A DNA stretch of 64,000 nt from NCBI GenBank assembly GCA_038881595.1, contig JAVZPM010000001.1:256001-320000 (forward strand), read 5' to 3'. Below are positions 39,081 to 49,508 of the stretch, piece after piece (position 1 is the first letter of the stretch; every line of letters starts with the position of its first letter). Both the position numbers and the translations under genes were made by a program. The notes beneath the pieces were generated by a model that ran no database searches, had not been told where the DNA came from, and saw nothing but the letters and a program-made list of their open reading frames with translations. Origin of the DNA: Candidatus Micrarchaeia archaeon. Its GTDB lineage: Archaea; Micrarchaeota; Micrarchaeia; CABMEP01.

Positions 39081-40097
39081 ATGGATGCAAAGAAAATTGT
39101 CTTCCTATCTTTGATTATTTTGTTAGGGTTGGTGTTTCTTTCCGGATGTACATCGACTAAGAAGTGTACATTGGATTCTGATTGCGGAAGTTGGCAGATA
39201 TGTAATAATTCAAAATGTATTGCTGCCGCTGGATTCTGTGATTCAAACAATGACTGTAGAGTTCATGAGCAATGCAATGCAAAAACACACACTTGTGTAG
39301 TAAGAACAGGGATGTGTAATGTAAATGCAGATTGTCCAGATTGGCAGGAATGCGACACTGCAACGCATGAATGCAAAGTTAAGTTAGGCTATTGTATTGA
39401 CAGCACTTACTGTACTAAAGATTATGAAGTTTGTGATCCAGCAACCCATCTTTGTATTCCTAAAGAAGGAAGATGTAACAATGATTATGATTGTGCAGGA
39501 TGGCAGCTTTGCAATACTACAACAAATATGTGTTATCCTAGATCTGGATACTGCTTTACAAGGCTTGACTGCAATCTTTGGGAAGAATGTGATGTTAGAA
39601 CAAACAAATGTAAAGTTAGAGAAGGATATTGTGCAAATGATGGAAATTGTCAGAAATGGCAGATATGTAACTTAACTACACATAGGTGTGAAGTAGCTCC
39701 AAAGTTCTGTGATTCAGATGCCCAATGTGAATCCTGGCAGTATTGTGTTTTATCAACTCACCAGTGCACTGCAAGAAAAGGGTACTGTAGTTCAACATCT
39801 GATTGTGCTGGGGGTTATTCTGGTTACGAAACTTGTGATCCTGAAACCCACAAATGTATTCTTGTAGCTGGAAGATGTGCAAGCGATTCAGATTGTAAGA
39901 GTTGGGAATATTGTGACACAACAAGCAAGATATGTAAAGTAAAGTCAGGATACTGCAATTCAAACAACGATTGTGAAAGATCACAGGCATGTGATGTTTC
40001 CATTCACAGATGCTATAATCTCTACTGTATTACAGATGCGGATTGCGATCCAGGTTACAGATGTTCTTTTGTAACCAGATCCTGTTATAAAGTTTAA
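39081..40097 (+). CDS. Cys-rich repeat lipoprotein (12 four-Cys repeats of about 26 aa)
   Basis: Lipobox FLSG-C; repeats G.C..D.DC..WQ.C...TH.C. Confidence 0.88.
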   Translation: MDAKKIVFLSLIILLGLVFLSGCTSTKKCTLDSDCGSWQICNNSKCIAAAGFCDSNNDCRVHEQCNAKTHTCVVRTGMCNVNADCPDWQECDTATHECKVKLGYCIDSTYCTKDYEVCDPATHLCIPKEGRCNNDYDCAGWQLCNTTTNMCYPRSGYCFTRLDCNLWEECDVRTNKCKVREGYCANDGNCQKWQICNLTTHRCEVAPKFCDSDAQCESWQYCVLSTHQCTARKGYCSSTSDCAGGYSGYETCDPETHKCILVAGRCASDSDCKSWEYCDTTSKICKVKSGYCNSNNDCERSQACDVSIHRCYNLYCITDADCDPGYRCSFVTRSCYKV

Positions 40098-40139
40098 TTT
40101 TTTTCTTTTTTTCCTTATTTTAGATTTTTCGGGGATTTA

Positions 40140-40616
40140 ATGCTAAATGAATTTATATCTTTTCTTGTGGAAAATCTAGCAGATCCATTAGTAATTTCCT
40201 TTATTCTTGGTGCTCTTCCAATTTCAGAAGTTAGGGGCGCTGCAATCTATGCATTTTCAGTAAACAACCCTTCGCTTATTTTTCCTGCAATTATATCTAA
40301 TATAATAATCTGCCCATTGATTCTACTCTTTTGGAAGACGTTAAAAATACAAAAGATCGGGGAATTTATTCTTGGAAAATCACTTGATAGTAAGTTGCAT
40401 AAATTTGCAAAGAACTATGAAAATCAAGGTATTTTGGCTTTGATAGTATTTATAGGCCTTCCGTTACCAGCTACAGGTGTTTATACTGGAACACTATTAG
40501 CAGAGATTTTAGGTATTAAAAGAAGTAAGATACTATTAGGGTCTATTATCGGTGTTTTTCTTTCTGCGGCTGTGATGTACTTTCTCCTAAGTAATCTTTT
40601 TAGCTTATTTGTATAA
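40140..40616 (+). CDS. Small multidrug export-type membrane protein (COG2426-like)
   Basis: LPISEVRGA, FIGLPLPATGVYTG. Confidence 0.85.
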   Translation: MLNEFISFLVENLADPLVISFILGALPISEVRGAAIYAFSVNNPSLIFPAIISNIIICPLILLFWKTLKIQKIGEFILGKSLDSKLHKFAKNYENQGILALIVFIGLPLPATGVYTGTLLAEILGIKRSKILLGSIIGVFLSAAVMYFLLSNLFSLFV

Positions 40617-40672
40617 ATCAATAAAATATTAAGAAATAATTAAACAAAATAATAAAAATAGAAAAAGAAAAT

Positions 40673-41737
40673 TCAACCACAGCTTCCACTTACGCTGCCA
40701 GTTTCACTGCTTAATGTTGTGCTACATGAGCTCGGCTGAGTTTCGAATGCAGAGCATATGGTTTGTTTGTACGCTTCCGCAGTTCTACTACCAGAATACT
40801 CAATATCGTTTATAAATAATGTCGGTGAGCCTTGTACTCTATATTTCTGATTAAGAATATATTCCTGCTCTGCATATTTTAGTGCATTCTCATTGTAACA
40901 GTTCTTTACCAGCTCTGTATCTATACCTTTGCTTTTCGCTATGCTTTCCCAACAGGTATCTACATTCTTGTAGTTACAAGAAGTGCTAACTGCTTTTATG
41001 TATTCTTTCCATGTGGTATAATCATACTTCTCTTTTATGCACATCTGTCTTATGTTTTCATTTAATTCCTGGACTCCATGCATTGAACAGTATGTTTTGT
41101 TCAAACAATATGCATCCTCCTGGCCGGAATAGTATTGTGCAGGATAGATTACATAATGGAGTTCAAAATCAATTTTATCTCCTAATAAATCAGTAACTGG
41201 CCACATTGCATTTTCTGCCTGTTGACCATATGGACAGTAGCTCATCACAAATAACTTTACATTTGGCTTTTCAGATTTTGGAATTTCTTGTACTTGAGTT
41301 TGAGTCTGTTGATTCGCTTGGGGTATACTCTGACTCATGTTGTAAATAACACCAACTATCATAAATTCTCCATCATTAGTGACATAAACCTCTCCTTCGC
41401 TTAATTTAGCGCCTTTTTGCATTATGTCAATCTGAAGAACAGAGATTCCGTTTAATTGCGTTATGTTTTTAACAACTGCATTTGCACTGTAGGATTTAAG
41501 GAAATTTGTATCAAGGTATTTTTCAACCTTTGCAGATAGATCTGCAGTACTCATCTCTATTCCGTATTTTGGTTTTGATAGGGATAGAAATGGTAAATCC
41601 CATGCATTCATTATTAAATAACCTACTAATGCATAACCAAACACCAAACCGAAAATAACTCCAATCACAAGGCTTGTGATAATGAGTTTTTTCTTGCTTG
41701 TTTGACCTATTTTTTCTTTTATTTTTTTAATAACCAT
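40673..41737 (-). CDS. Membrane-anchored thioredoxin/DsbA-fold protein
   Basis: N-terminal TM; LFVMSYCPYG; CSMHG..E..EN; VQGSPTLFIN cis-Pro loop. Confidence 0.8.
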   Translation of the reverse strand: MVIKKIKEKIGQTSKKKLIITSLVIGVIFGLVFGYALVGYLIMNAWDLPFLSLSKPKYGIEMSTADLSAKVEKYLDTNFLKSYSANAVVKNITQLNGISVLQIDIMQKGAKLSEGEVYVTNDGEFMIVGVIYNMSQSIPQANQQTQTQVQEIPKSEKPNVKLFVMSYCPYGQQAENAMWPVTDLLGDKIDFELHYVIYPAQYYSGQEDAYCLNKTYCSMHGVQELNENIRQMCIKEKYDYTTWKEYIKAVSTSCNYKNVDTCWESIAKSKGIDTELVKNCYNENALKYAEQEYILNQKYRVQGSPTLFINDIEYSGSRTAEAYKQTICSAFETQPSSCSTTLSSETGSVSGSCG

Positions 41738-41868
41738 ATTATCACCTAAAAATTAGTTAAGCATGTTATATTATTGTTATTATATATTGATAAATCTTTA
41801 CTTTGAGTATTATATTAAATTATATTATTTGAATAAATTCAGTTATTTGAATAAATTCAGGTATCTAA

Positions 41869-42393
41869 ATGGATAGAAAGAATAAACTTATTAAAAATCA
41901 ATTTTTGCCGGTTTACGTTTTATTCATGTTTTTATGGAATCTAATCATATTCTTAACTCCGATTCTTTCTGTAAATAACTTGGAAATATCTAAATCACTA
42001 TTTACATTTTTCTCATTTTTTTGCCACCAATTATTTGAAAGGTCAATATGTATGAATGATAATATGGAAATAGGAAATTGCTCAGCATCAAACGGGTTCA
42101 TATATCAATTTCCAATCTGCGCAAGAGATATAGGTTTTTATTTTGGAATGCTGATTGGCGGAATGATTATGTTAATTGCACGCAAAGGTGAGGAAAAAAT
42201 GCCTAATTTATTATTTCTTTTAATTTTCATCTTTCCTATGGCAATAGACGGTGTCACACAATTATTATATCTAAGGGAGAGCACGAACGAATTAAGGCTG
42301 ATCACAGGCTTTCTTGCAGGTGTAATCATTCCATTTTATTTAATACCTATTCTAAATAGGTTTTCTTTCAGAGGTGTTGGGAGTGAAAGATAA
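41869..42393 (+). CDS. DUF2085 family membrane protein
   Basis: CHQLFERS, QFPICARD.GFY.G, PMAIDG.TQ, ESTNELRLITG. Confidence 0.85.
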   Translation: MDRKNKLIKNQFLPVYVLFMFLWNLIIFLTPILSVNNLEISKSLFTFFSFFCHQLFERSICMNDNMEIGNCSASNGFIYQFPICARDIGFYFGMLIGGMIMLIARKGEEKMPNLLFLLIFIFPMAIDGVTQLLYLRESTNELRLITGFLAGVIIPFYLIPILNRFSFRGVGSER

Positions 42394-42841
42394 AGAAAAC
42401 AGAACTAAAAGCCAGGGAATTACTAACCAGATAGAAATAAAAGACATAGAGAAGAAAATCAGGAATTTCAATAAAGAGATAAAGATTCTATCAAAATCAA
42501 AAGAATTGAGACACCTAAATCTAATGAAAAAAAGAGTACTTAAACAGATAAAGAAGTGCATAGATCCAGAGTTAGGAAGTAATATAATGGATCTTGGTTT
42601 CATTTATGGTTTAGAATTGATAAAAATAGATCACAAATATAAAGTAAAAATAATCATGACTCTTACCTCCCCATTCTGTCCATTATCTAATTATCTTGCA
42701 TCAGATGTTAAGGAAAAAGTATTGAAGCTTAAAGATGTTGCAGATGTAGAAGTAGAAATCGTATTCAATCCACAATGGAATCCTTCGATGCTTTCAGAAG
42801 AATTACAGATGAAAATGTTTAGCCAGTTCATTAATCAATAA
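42374..42841 (+). CDS. DUF59/SufT (MIP18) Fe-S assembly family protein
   Basis: DPELG.NI.DLG.IY, TLTSPFCP, VF.P.W. Confidence 0.9.
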   Translation: MLGVKDKENRTKSQGITNQIEIKDIEKKIRNFNKEIKILSKSKELRHLNLMKKRVLKQIKKCIDPELGSNIMDLGFIYGLELIKIDHKYKVKIIMTLTSPFCPLSNYLASDVKEKVLKLKDVADVEVEIVFNPQWNPSMLSEELQMKMFSQFINQ

Positions 42842-42879
42842 CTCTTATATTTTCATAAGTCAACATGAGTCAAAGGTTA

Positions 42880-43323
42880 TTATACGTCGATTATAACCTG
42901 ACATCTCCACATTTCTTTTCTGTTTATTTTTATTTTTTCTACCTTAAAATGATGCATAGTAACTGCTTTTGCATCTATAACTATATCATGTTTTTTTGGA
43001 TCTATCTTATCTCCATATGCATTTGCATGAAGCACATATCCTTCCTCGTCTCTATGGATTTTAATATCAAATTTACTGAAGAACATCTGTTCTGCATCCT
43101 TCAGAAAAACTAGTTCATCTAAAAATGAAAAAAGAAGCTTCTCTTCATTTATTTCTTTTTTAGTAATTTCATATTTTATCTTAGGTTCTATTTTACTAGG
43201 GTCTCTTACCATTACACCAAGTAAGGCAATCCCAGCATATGAGAACATTTCTTCCAATGATTTTCCTGTTGCCTCAAATGCAACATCTGCAGATGTTAAT
43301 TCATGAAGGTATTTATAAGTCAT
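42880..43323 (-). CDS. Archease
   Basis: HELTSADV, KAVTMH, C-terminal IIDV; directly downstream of rtcB. Confidence 0.93.
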   Translation of the reverse strand: MTYKYLHELTSADVAFEATGKSLEEMFSYAGIALLGVMVRDPSKIEPKIKYEITKKEINEEKLLFSFLDELVFLKDAEQMFFSKFDIKIHRDEEGYVLHANAYGDKIDPKKHDIVIDAKAVTMHHFKVEKIKINRKEMWRCQVIIDV

Positions 43324-43343
43324 GTTTTCCCTTAAATTATGTA

Positions 43344-46301
43344 TTAACCCTTAATGTTTGCAATAGGTATAAATCTTACAACTCTTTTTGATATTCCTGC
43401 CTTTTCACAGGTCTCTGTAACATCATCCACTGATTTATATGCTGCACCAGCTTCTTCAGCTAATCCAGAAAGGCTGTCTGTTTTTACAATAATACCTCTT
43501 TTTTCCATATCTTTCTGCAATTGGTCTCCTCTGAATTGATGCTTTGCCTGCGCTCTTGACATGGTTCTTCCACTTCCATGTGCAGTGCTACCAAATGTAT
43601 TTTCTTCTGCATATTTTGTACCCAATAACAAGTAGCTTCCAGTTTCCATCGATCCACCGAGAATAACTGGCTGCCCAAGCTTGCTATATTCAGAAGGAAT
43701 TTCTTTATTTTCAGGTCCAAATGCACGCGTTGCGCCCTTTCTGTGCACTATTACTTCTTTCCAGCTTCCTTCTATCAGATATTTCTCCAGCTTTGCTGTG
43801 TTATGTGTGACGTCATAAATTTGATGCATTCCTAGTTTCTCAGGATCTGATTTAAAGACATCACTAAATACTTCTCTTATTCTATGGAGTATAACCTGTC
43901 GGTTTGCAAATGCCATGTTCATTGCTCCTTTCATTGCTGAGAAATAAGTCTGACCTTCTGGCGAGTTAAAAGGCGCACAAGCAAGCTCCTTGTCCAGAAT
44001 TTTTATCTTATATTTTGATTCCATTACATTAAGAAAAGTATTAAGAGAATCGGTTGCAACCTGGTGTCCAAATCCTCTGCTTCCACAATGGAACATCACA
44101 ACAATCTGACCAGGGAATATGCCGAGCTTCTTTGCAGCTTCTTTGTCAAAAATGTTTTCTTCCTTTACAACTTGAATTTCTAAGTAATGATTTCCTGAAC
44201 CCAGCGTTCCAATTTGATCATATCCTCTTGTGACTGCTCTTTGGCTTATCTTTGACGCATCCGCTCCTTCCATGCAACCTTCTTCCTCTGTTCTCTTAAG
44301 ATCTTCATCCCATCCGTATCCTTTTTTAACAGCCCATTTTGATCCTTCTTCAATTACTTTTTTGAATTCGTCCTTGCTTATTTTAACAAATCCAGTTGCA
44401 CCTACACCAGATGGAATCCTCTTGAATAATTGATCTATTAATTCACGAATCTTTGGTTTTACATCATTTATGGTCAAATCAGTTCTTACAAGACGCATTC
44501 CGCAGTTTGATACCACAAAGCAATTTGCTATAAAATTATGTGCCTTATGATTGACAGTAAAGTCATACACCCAGCCTTTGTAGTCTGTTTTTTCCTTTCG
44601 AGCAATTTCTGTCCATATCGCTCCGCTTTTACCGAGTCCTTCAGTTGCTTTCTTGTAAAAATCTTCAAACCTATCGAATTCGAATGATATTCTTGGCTTT
44701 GTTTTTCTCTTTTCATAAATTGATCTTATTAAAAATCGCGAATTAACATATTCTGATTCAAGCTCTTTAATAATTTCAGATCTCGAATAGCCAGATTGTC
44801 TCACTGTTTCAGCTAAACTGATTGCATTTATTCTTTTATTTATTACGTTTTCTTTTAGCCTAAGATATACAATTGCAGCGTTTGCCTTTGAAGTTTTTTC
44901 ATTATTATATTCAAATCCAATTGTTTTGTATAATTTAATCAAATTTTCCGAGTCATTATATATATGCAAGCGTATTCTAAATGTTTTGCTAAATTTTCCA
45001 TCGTATTCATAAACCGGTTCACTTAAAACACTCTTTATGCCAAATTCAGCAAGTATCTTTTGCATTCCAGAAAGGAAATCTACTCCAGATTTAATACATT
45101 CTGCTGACTTGTTTATTGATACGGACGGCATGTAAAAATTGTATTCATGGTTAGTAAGTACTTTTGGATTTCTCATTTCAGCTCCAAAGAATGCTGCAAG
45201 GAACAATCGTTTTTGCCACTTTGGAGAGTTTGTGATCCATGCAGGTAATTTAAATTCTTGATGTGCCTTATTGCCTATGGGTGCACCAAGCATTGCCAGC
45301 AATGCAGCGAAAGCGCGTGAAGAAACATGCAAAGAATGCTCCAGAAATTCAAACTTGACCTCACCATATTTTGTAGAAATTCTATGTTTTCTTTTTCTTA
45401 AATATATTCTGCTCGAGAATCCAAGGCGCTGAATTTCTTCTTGCATGTTTTTTAGATCTTCCTTTTTTCCCCAGAAGCATGCATATATTCTACCACTTCG
45501 ATCAATGTATATAGTTCCATCTCCCATATTGTATGCAACTAATTTTATGAGTATAGGGAAATTCTCGGATGAACGTCTTAAGGGAAGGAGATTTCTTTTT
45601 TTAAGTTCTGTAATTATTTTCTCTTTGCTTGTTTTTGAAAGAGGCAAAATATCAATATCTGATTCGCTGACAATTATTTCTTCTGATGGAATTTCATACT
45701 CGACTCCTTCAAAAGGAAAAACCACTATTTTTTCTCCTTCTTTTATATCTTGTATCTTTTTCATTCCATCCTTTGTCATGATCGGATGATCTGCCGTTGC
45801 CTTTATCTCCATTCCACATTTAGTCTTTATAATAAAAACATCATCTCTGGACCTGCGCCTTAAATGCAAAAGAATATCTGCATTAGTCCTTCTTTTTTCT
45901 GAAATCAGTGGCAATCTTATTTGTGTTTTGGATTTAAACATGTCTTCAATTCTTAGTGTGTATCCATATTCAGTCAGTATGCGAGTCTCGCCAACCAGAC
46001 AATTTATGTCAAAGCCCACCCCTCCTGGTGAAATTACACCATTTTCTGTGTCAAATGCTGCAACACCACCTATTGGAAAGCCATATCCAGAATGACCATC
46101 TGGCATGACGTAAGAGTATCTTTGAATTCCTGGGAGAGTAGCTACATTTGAGGCTTGGTCGAACACTGCAAGATCCATTGTGTCAAGCAGTTTTTTGCTG
46201 GCATATACTCTTACTGGCACTCGCATTCCTTGCTTGAAAGACGGAGAAATCTCCCATAGATAATCATTTATCTTTATGAAGTCAGGTTTTTTCTGCACCA
46301 C
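43344..46301 (-). CDS. rtcB: RtcB RNA ligase with intein
   Basis: MPDGHSGYGFPIGG, GFDINC, GTLGSGNHYLE, HCGSRG, HNTA, HRKGATR, HGSGR, EEA..AYK. Confidence 0.97.
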   Translation of the reverse strand: MVQKKPDFIKINDYLWEISPSFKQGMRVPVRVYASKKLLDTMDLAVFDQASNVATLPGIQRYSYVMPDGHSGYGFPIGGVAAFDTENGVISPGGVGFDINCLVGETRILTEYGYTLRIEDMFKSKTQIRLPLISEKRRTNADILLHLRRRSRDDVFIIKTKCGMEIKATADHPIMTKDGMKKIQDIKEGEKIVVFPFEGVEYEIPSEEIIVSESDIDILPLSKTSKEKIITELKKRNLLPLRRSSENFPILIKLVAYNMGDGTIYIDRSGRIYACFWGKKEDLKNMQEEIQRLGFSSRIYLRKRKHRISTKYGEVKFEFLEHSLHVSSRAFAALLAMLGAPIGNKAHQEFKLPAWITNSPKWQKRLFLAAFFGAEMRNPKVLTNHEYNFYMPSVSINKSAECIKSGVDFLSGMQKILAEFGIKSVLSEPVYEYDGKFSKTFRIRLHIYNDSENLIKLYKTIGFEYNNEKTSKANAAIVYLRLKENVINKRINAISLAETVRQSGYSRSEIIKELESEYVNSRFLIRSIYEKRKTKPRISFEFDRFEDFYKKATEGLGKSGAIWTEIARKEKTDYKGWVYDFTVNHKAHNFIANCFVVSNCGMRLVRTDLTINDVKPKIRELIDQLFKRIPSGVGATGFVKISKDEFKKVIEEGSKWAVKKGYGWDEDLKRTEEEGCMEGADASKISQRAVTRGYDQIGTLGSGNHYLEIQVVKEENIFDKEAAKKLGIFPGQIVVMFHCGSRGFGHQVATDSLNTFLNVMESKYKIKILDKELACAPFNSPEGQTYFSAMKGAMNMAFANRQVILHRIREVFSDVFKSDPEKLGMHQIYDVTHNTAKLEKYLIEGSWKEVIVHRKGATRAFGPENKEIPSEYSKLGQPVILGGSMETGSYLLLGTKYAEENTFGSTAHGSGRTMSRAQAKHQFRGDQLQKDMEKRGIIVKTDSLSGLAEEAGAAYKSVDDVTETCEKAGISKRVVRFIPIANIKG
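44505..46001 (-). mobile_element. Intein (499 aa) with LAGLIDADG homing endonuclease domain
   Basis: Starts CLVGETRI after DIN; block B ATADHP; KLVAYNMGDG and FLAAFFGAE; ends VYDFTV...HNFIANCFVVSN before extein Cys. Confidence 0.95.
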
Positions 46302-46414
46302 ATATTCACCCCATAGATAATTAGAAATATGCTCTTTAAATAAAATATTTTGCTATTTTTTTATTATATTATTACAGTATCATCTTTATTAATCTTTATT
46401 CACTAATATCTAAT

Positions 46415-47368
46415 ATGGCTTTGGAAATATTATTACAATTATTTTTTCTTATAGTTGCATTGGTTGCATTAGCATTTTCCTCTAAAATAACATTAGAAAG
46501 TGCAGAGAAACTTGCTTCCTATTTTGGATTAAGTCAATTTGCTATCGGCTTTATCTTAATCTCTGTCCTTACGAGTCTTCCTGAATTCTCAATTGCAATA
46601 CTATCGTCTTCATCGCACAACAATAATATTTCTCTTGGAAATTTATTAGGAGCTAATGTTACAAATATTGCATTAATATTTGGATTGTTTCTATTTCTTT
46701 CAATGAAACCTATAAGACCTAATAAAAAGAGAACAAATGAAATTCTACTTTATATTTTCATTTCATTAATACCTGTTATTCTGTTTATAGATGGATTTCT
46801 CTCATTTACTGATGGTCTAGTACTTTTGGTGCTTTATTTATTTTTCATTAAAAATATATTAGATTCAAGAGAAAAAACACTCACACTAAATAATGTGGAT
46901 AAGAAGAGTGCAGCAAGAGAATTCTTAATATTTATCGCAGCAATATTTATTGTAATGATCAGTGCAGAATTTGTAATTAAGATAGCTGTAGAACTGGCAG
47001 AAAGGTTAAATCTGTTTCAATCATTTATTGGAGCTACATTAATTGCATTTAATACTACATTACCTGAACTTACCATTACTCTCGTTGCAGTTAGAAAAAA
47101 AGTCTCTGACATTGCTATAGGTAATTTGATAGGAAGTAACGTCGTAAACATCACTCTTCTTTTAGGTTTGAATGTTTTAATAAATCCATTTTTGCCGAAT
47201 ATAGAAGTTGCTAGTGCAATCTTTGCTTTCATCTTTGTCACTTCAGGATATCTTTTTTACAAGCTTCTTTTGCATAATTCACTGGAGAAAAATGATGGTT
47301 TTATTTTACTTGCTACTTATGTTTTATATTTAATTGTTCTCTCATCAGTTCAAATAGCCCTCCATTAG
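46415..47368 (+). CDS. Na+/Ca2+ exchanger family (YrbG-like) antiporter
   Basis: Two alpha repeats: TSLPE...GNLLGAN and TTLPE...GNLIGSN. Confidence 0.9.
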   Translation: MALEILLQLFFLIVALVALAFSSKITLESAEKLASYFGLSQFAIGFILISVLTSLPEFSIAILSSSSHNNNISLGNLLGANVTNIALIFGLFLFLSMKPIRPNKKRTNEILLYIFISLIPVILFIDGFLSFTDGLVLLVLYLFFIKNILDSREKTLTLNNVDKKSAAREFLIFIAAIFIVMISAEFVIKIAVELAERLNLFQSFIGATLIAFNTTLPELTITLVAVRKKVSDIAIGNLIGSNVVNITLLLGLNVLINPFLPNIEVASAIFAFIFVTSGYLFYKLLLHNSLEKNDGFILLATYVLYLIVLSSVQIALH

Positions 47369-47381
47369 TGCAAGTGAGTGT

Positions 47382-48818
47382 ATGAAAAACCATGTTAGGC
47401 AGAGAAAACATACAATGAATCTTTCAGTGATCGAAGGAAGCTTATATTCATGCATGGTTGGATTTGCACAGTATTTTGTAACACCATATGCAGTATTCCT
47501 AGGAATGTCTAATTTTATGATAGGTTTACTGCGTTCAATCTCATCTCTTGTTTCTGCGTTAGGCTTTTATCTAAGCCCCTTGCTTATGCAGTTTGAAGAA
47601 AAACGAAAAGAAACAATATCTAGGTTCGTTTCTTACCAAGCATATACAATCATATTATTTCTTTTAATTCCACTACTTCCATTTGATAAATCAATTTTAT
47701 TCATCATTTTTTATTCATTGTTTCTTTTCTTTGGTTCACTAATATCTCCAATTTGGACTTCGCTAATGAAAGATGTTGTACTAAAGAAAGAGAGAGGCTC
47801 ATATTTTGGAATGAGAAACAAACTTGCAGGACTTTTTGAAGTTGGTTCTTCTTTAGTTGCAGGTGCGATACTTAGTTATTTTTCAAGTAATGTTTATTTT
47901 GGATTTATAACGGTCTTTATCTTCGCCTTTATATTTAGAATTTTGTCATCCAACTTAATACTTAAACATTGGGACCCACTATCAAAACCAAAACGACAAA
48001 ATAAGTCTAAAGGGCTTGATTTAAAATTACTTATCTTAAATGATGCGTATCTAAACAATCTGATTCTTCTTGGGGGAGGGATGCTTTTTGCTACAAACAT
48101 TGCAGGTCCTTTCTTTGCAGTTTTTATGCTTAAAAACCTGAATTTTAGTTATCTTGATTTTACAATTGCAACAATTGCATCAACCTTAGCAACATTGATA
48201 TCTCAGCCGTATTGGGGTAAATTAATAGATAAATATGGTACCCGTCCAGTTATATTTTCCACTTCAATTTTAATCCCACTCGTCCCATTGTTATGGGTTC
48301 CAGCCACTAACCTTTCATATGTAATCCTTATTCAGCTTTATTCTGGCGTTGTTTGGGCAGGTTTTGATTTAGCTGTATTTAATATGTTATTAAAGATATC
48401 ACCAAAGAATAAGACTCAATTATATTCTGCATCATACAATGGTGCAATATCAATATTAACATTTTTAGGTATGTTAACCGGTAGTTTTATTATATTAGCT
48501 TTAGATTATATTGATATAAAGATACTTAATAGTATTCAGATAGTCTTTATTATTTCTGGCTTATTAAGATTTATTGTTGCTGGAATAGCACTTCCAAGAA
48601 TAACAAAGCATATGCAGGTTAATTCTTTAGAATTTTTCGTAAAAACAATAACAGTATACCCAATTAAAGGTGTACTTTCAGAAGTTGAACAAGGAACAAT
48701 ATTTGCTGAACAAATAATAGTATCAGCTTCAAAGTTAATATTTGATCCAATCGCTTCCTTCAAAAGAATTTCGAAAGGTTTCAAAGCAAGCGTAAGCTTA
48801 ATAAGTCCAAAGAGATAA
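47382..48818 (+). CDS. MFS transporter
   Basis: About 12 TM helices; ERGSYFG.R; WGKLIDKYG.R motif A. Confidence 0.88.
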   Translation: MKNHVRQRKHTMNLSVIEGSLYSCMVGFAQYFVTPYAVFLGMSNFMIGLLRSISSLVSALGFYLSPLLMQFEEKRKETISRFVSYQAYTIILFLLIPLLPFDKSILFIIFYSLFLFFGSLISPIWTSLMKDVVLKKERGSYFGMRNKLAGLFEVGSSLVAGAILSYFSSNVYFGFITVFIFAFIFRILSSNLILKHWDPLSKPKRQNKSKGLDLKLLILNDAYLNNLILLGGGMLFATNIAGPFFAVFMLKNLNFSYLDFTIATIASTLATLISQPYWGKLIDKYGTRPVIFSTSILIPLVPLLWVPATNLSYVILIQLYSGVVWAGFDLAVFNMLLKISPKNKTQLYSASYNGAISILTFLGMLTGSFIILALDYIDIKILNSIQIVFIISGLLRFIVAGIALPRITKHMQVNSLEFFVKTITVYPIKGVLSEVEQGTIFAEQIIVSASKLIFDPIASFKRISKGFKASVSLISPKR

Positions 48819-48859
48819 ATATTTTCAGATCTAATAGAGAAATAAAATGCAGTGATAAT

Positions 48860-49366
48860 ATGCAGATAGTTAAAATACCAGCTGAAAGGATGAAGGTATT
48901 AATGTCAAATGCAAAATTAATAGAAGAAAAAGGAGATATAGAACTTTCAGTTTCAAACGAAGAAGGAATATCAATCAAGTCAAGCGACCCAATAGCTGAA
49001 TGGAAGGCAATTAATGTTGTAAAGGCAGTAGGAAGAGGTTTTAATCCAATGATCGCAATCAATCTTTTTAGTGATGATTACGTTCTCCATATCATAAATC
49101 TTAAAGACATATTTGACAAGGAAAAGCAGAGGATAAGAGTCAAAGCAAGACTTATAGGCACAAAAGGAAAGACAAGAGCTACAATAGAAGAAATAAGTGG
49201 CGCATTTGTTTGCATATACGGAAATACTATAAGTTTTATAGGGAAACCTGAAGAAGTTGCTATAGCAGTAGAGGCTGCAAACATGCTAATAAACGGTGTA
49301 AGTCACGGTGCAGTTTATATGTTTCTTCAAAAAGAAAGAAAACGATTAGAATCAATGAAAATTTGA
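48860..49366 (+). CDS. KH-domain ribosome biogenesis protein (Dim2/Pno1-like)
   Basis: VKAVGRGF, RLIGTKGKTR..IE, G..HGAVY; upstream of topo VI genes. Confidence 0.9.
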   Translation: MQIVKIPAERMKVLMSNAKLIEEKGDIELSVSNEEGISIKSSDPIAEWKAINVVKAVGRGFNPMIAINLFSDDYVLHIINLKDIFDKEKQRIRVKARLIGTKGKTRATIEEISGAFVCIYGNTISFIGKPEEVAIAVEAANMLINGVSHGAVYMFLQKERKRLESMKI

Positions 49367-49508
49367 TGTTTTTTTAGCTATTTTTACTTCTTAATGTCAT
49401 GTTTTTAATATTTTCTTAATAAATATATATGTTGCTTATTAGCAAAATAAAAACAAAGAACGCACTTAGCGCGCTCTTTTCTTTTATTAGGTCGACCAAG
49501 GTGTTTGT

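Noticed and set aside
49455..49485. Hairpin AAAGAACGC...GCGCTCTTT followed by a T-rich run before top6B
   Set aside because: Imperfect short stem with no supporting family; insufficient to call a terminator or ncRNA
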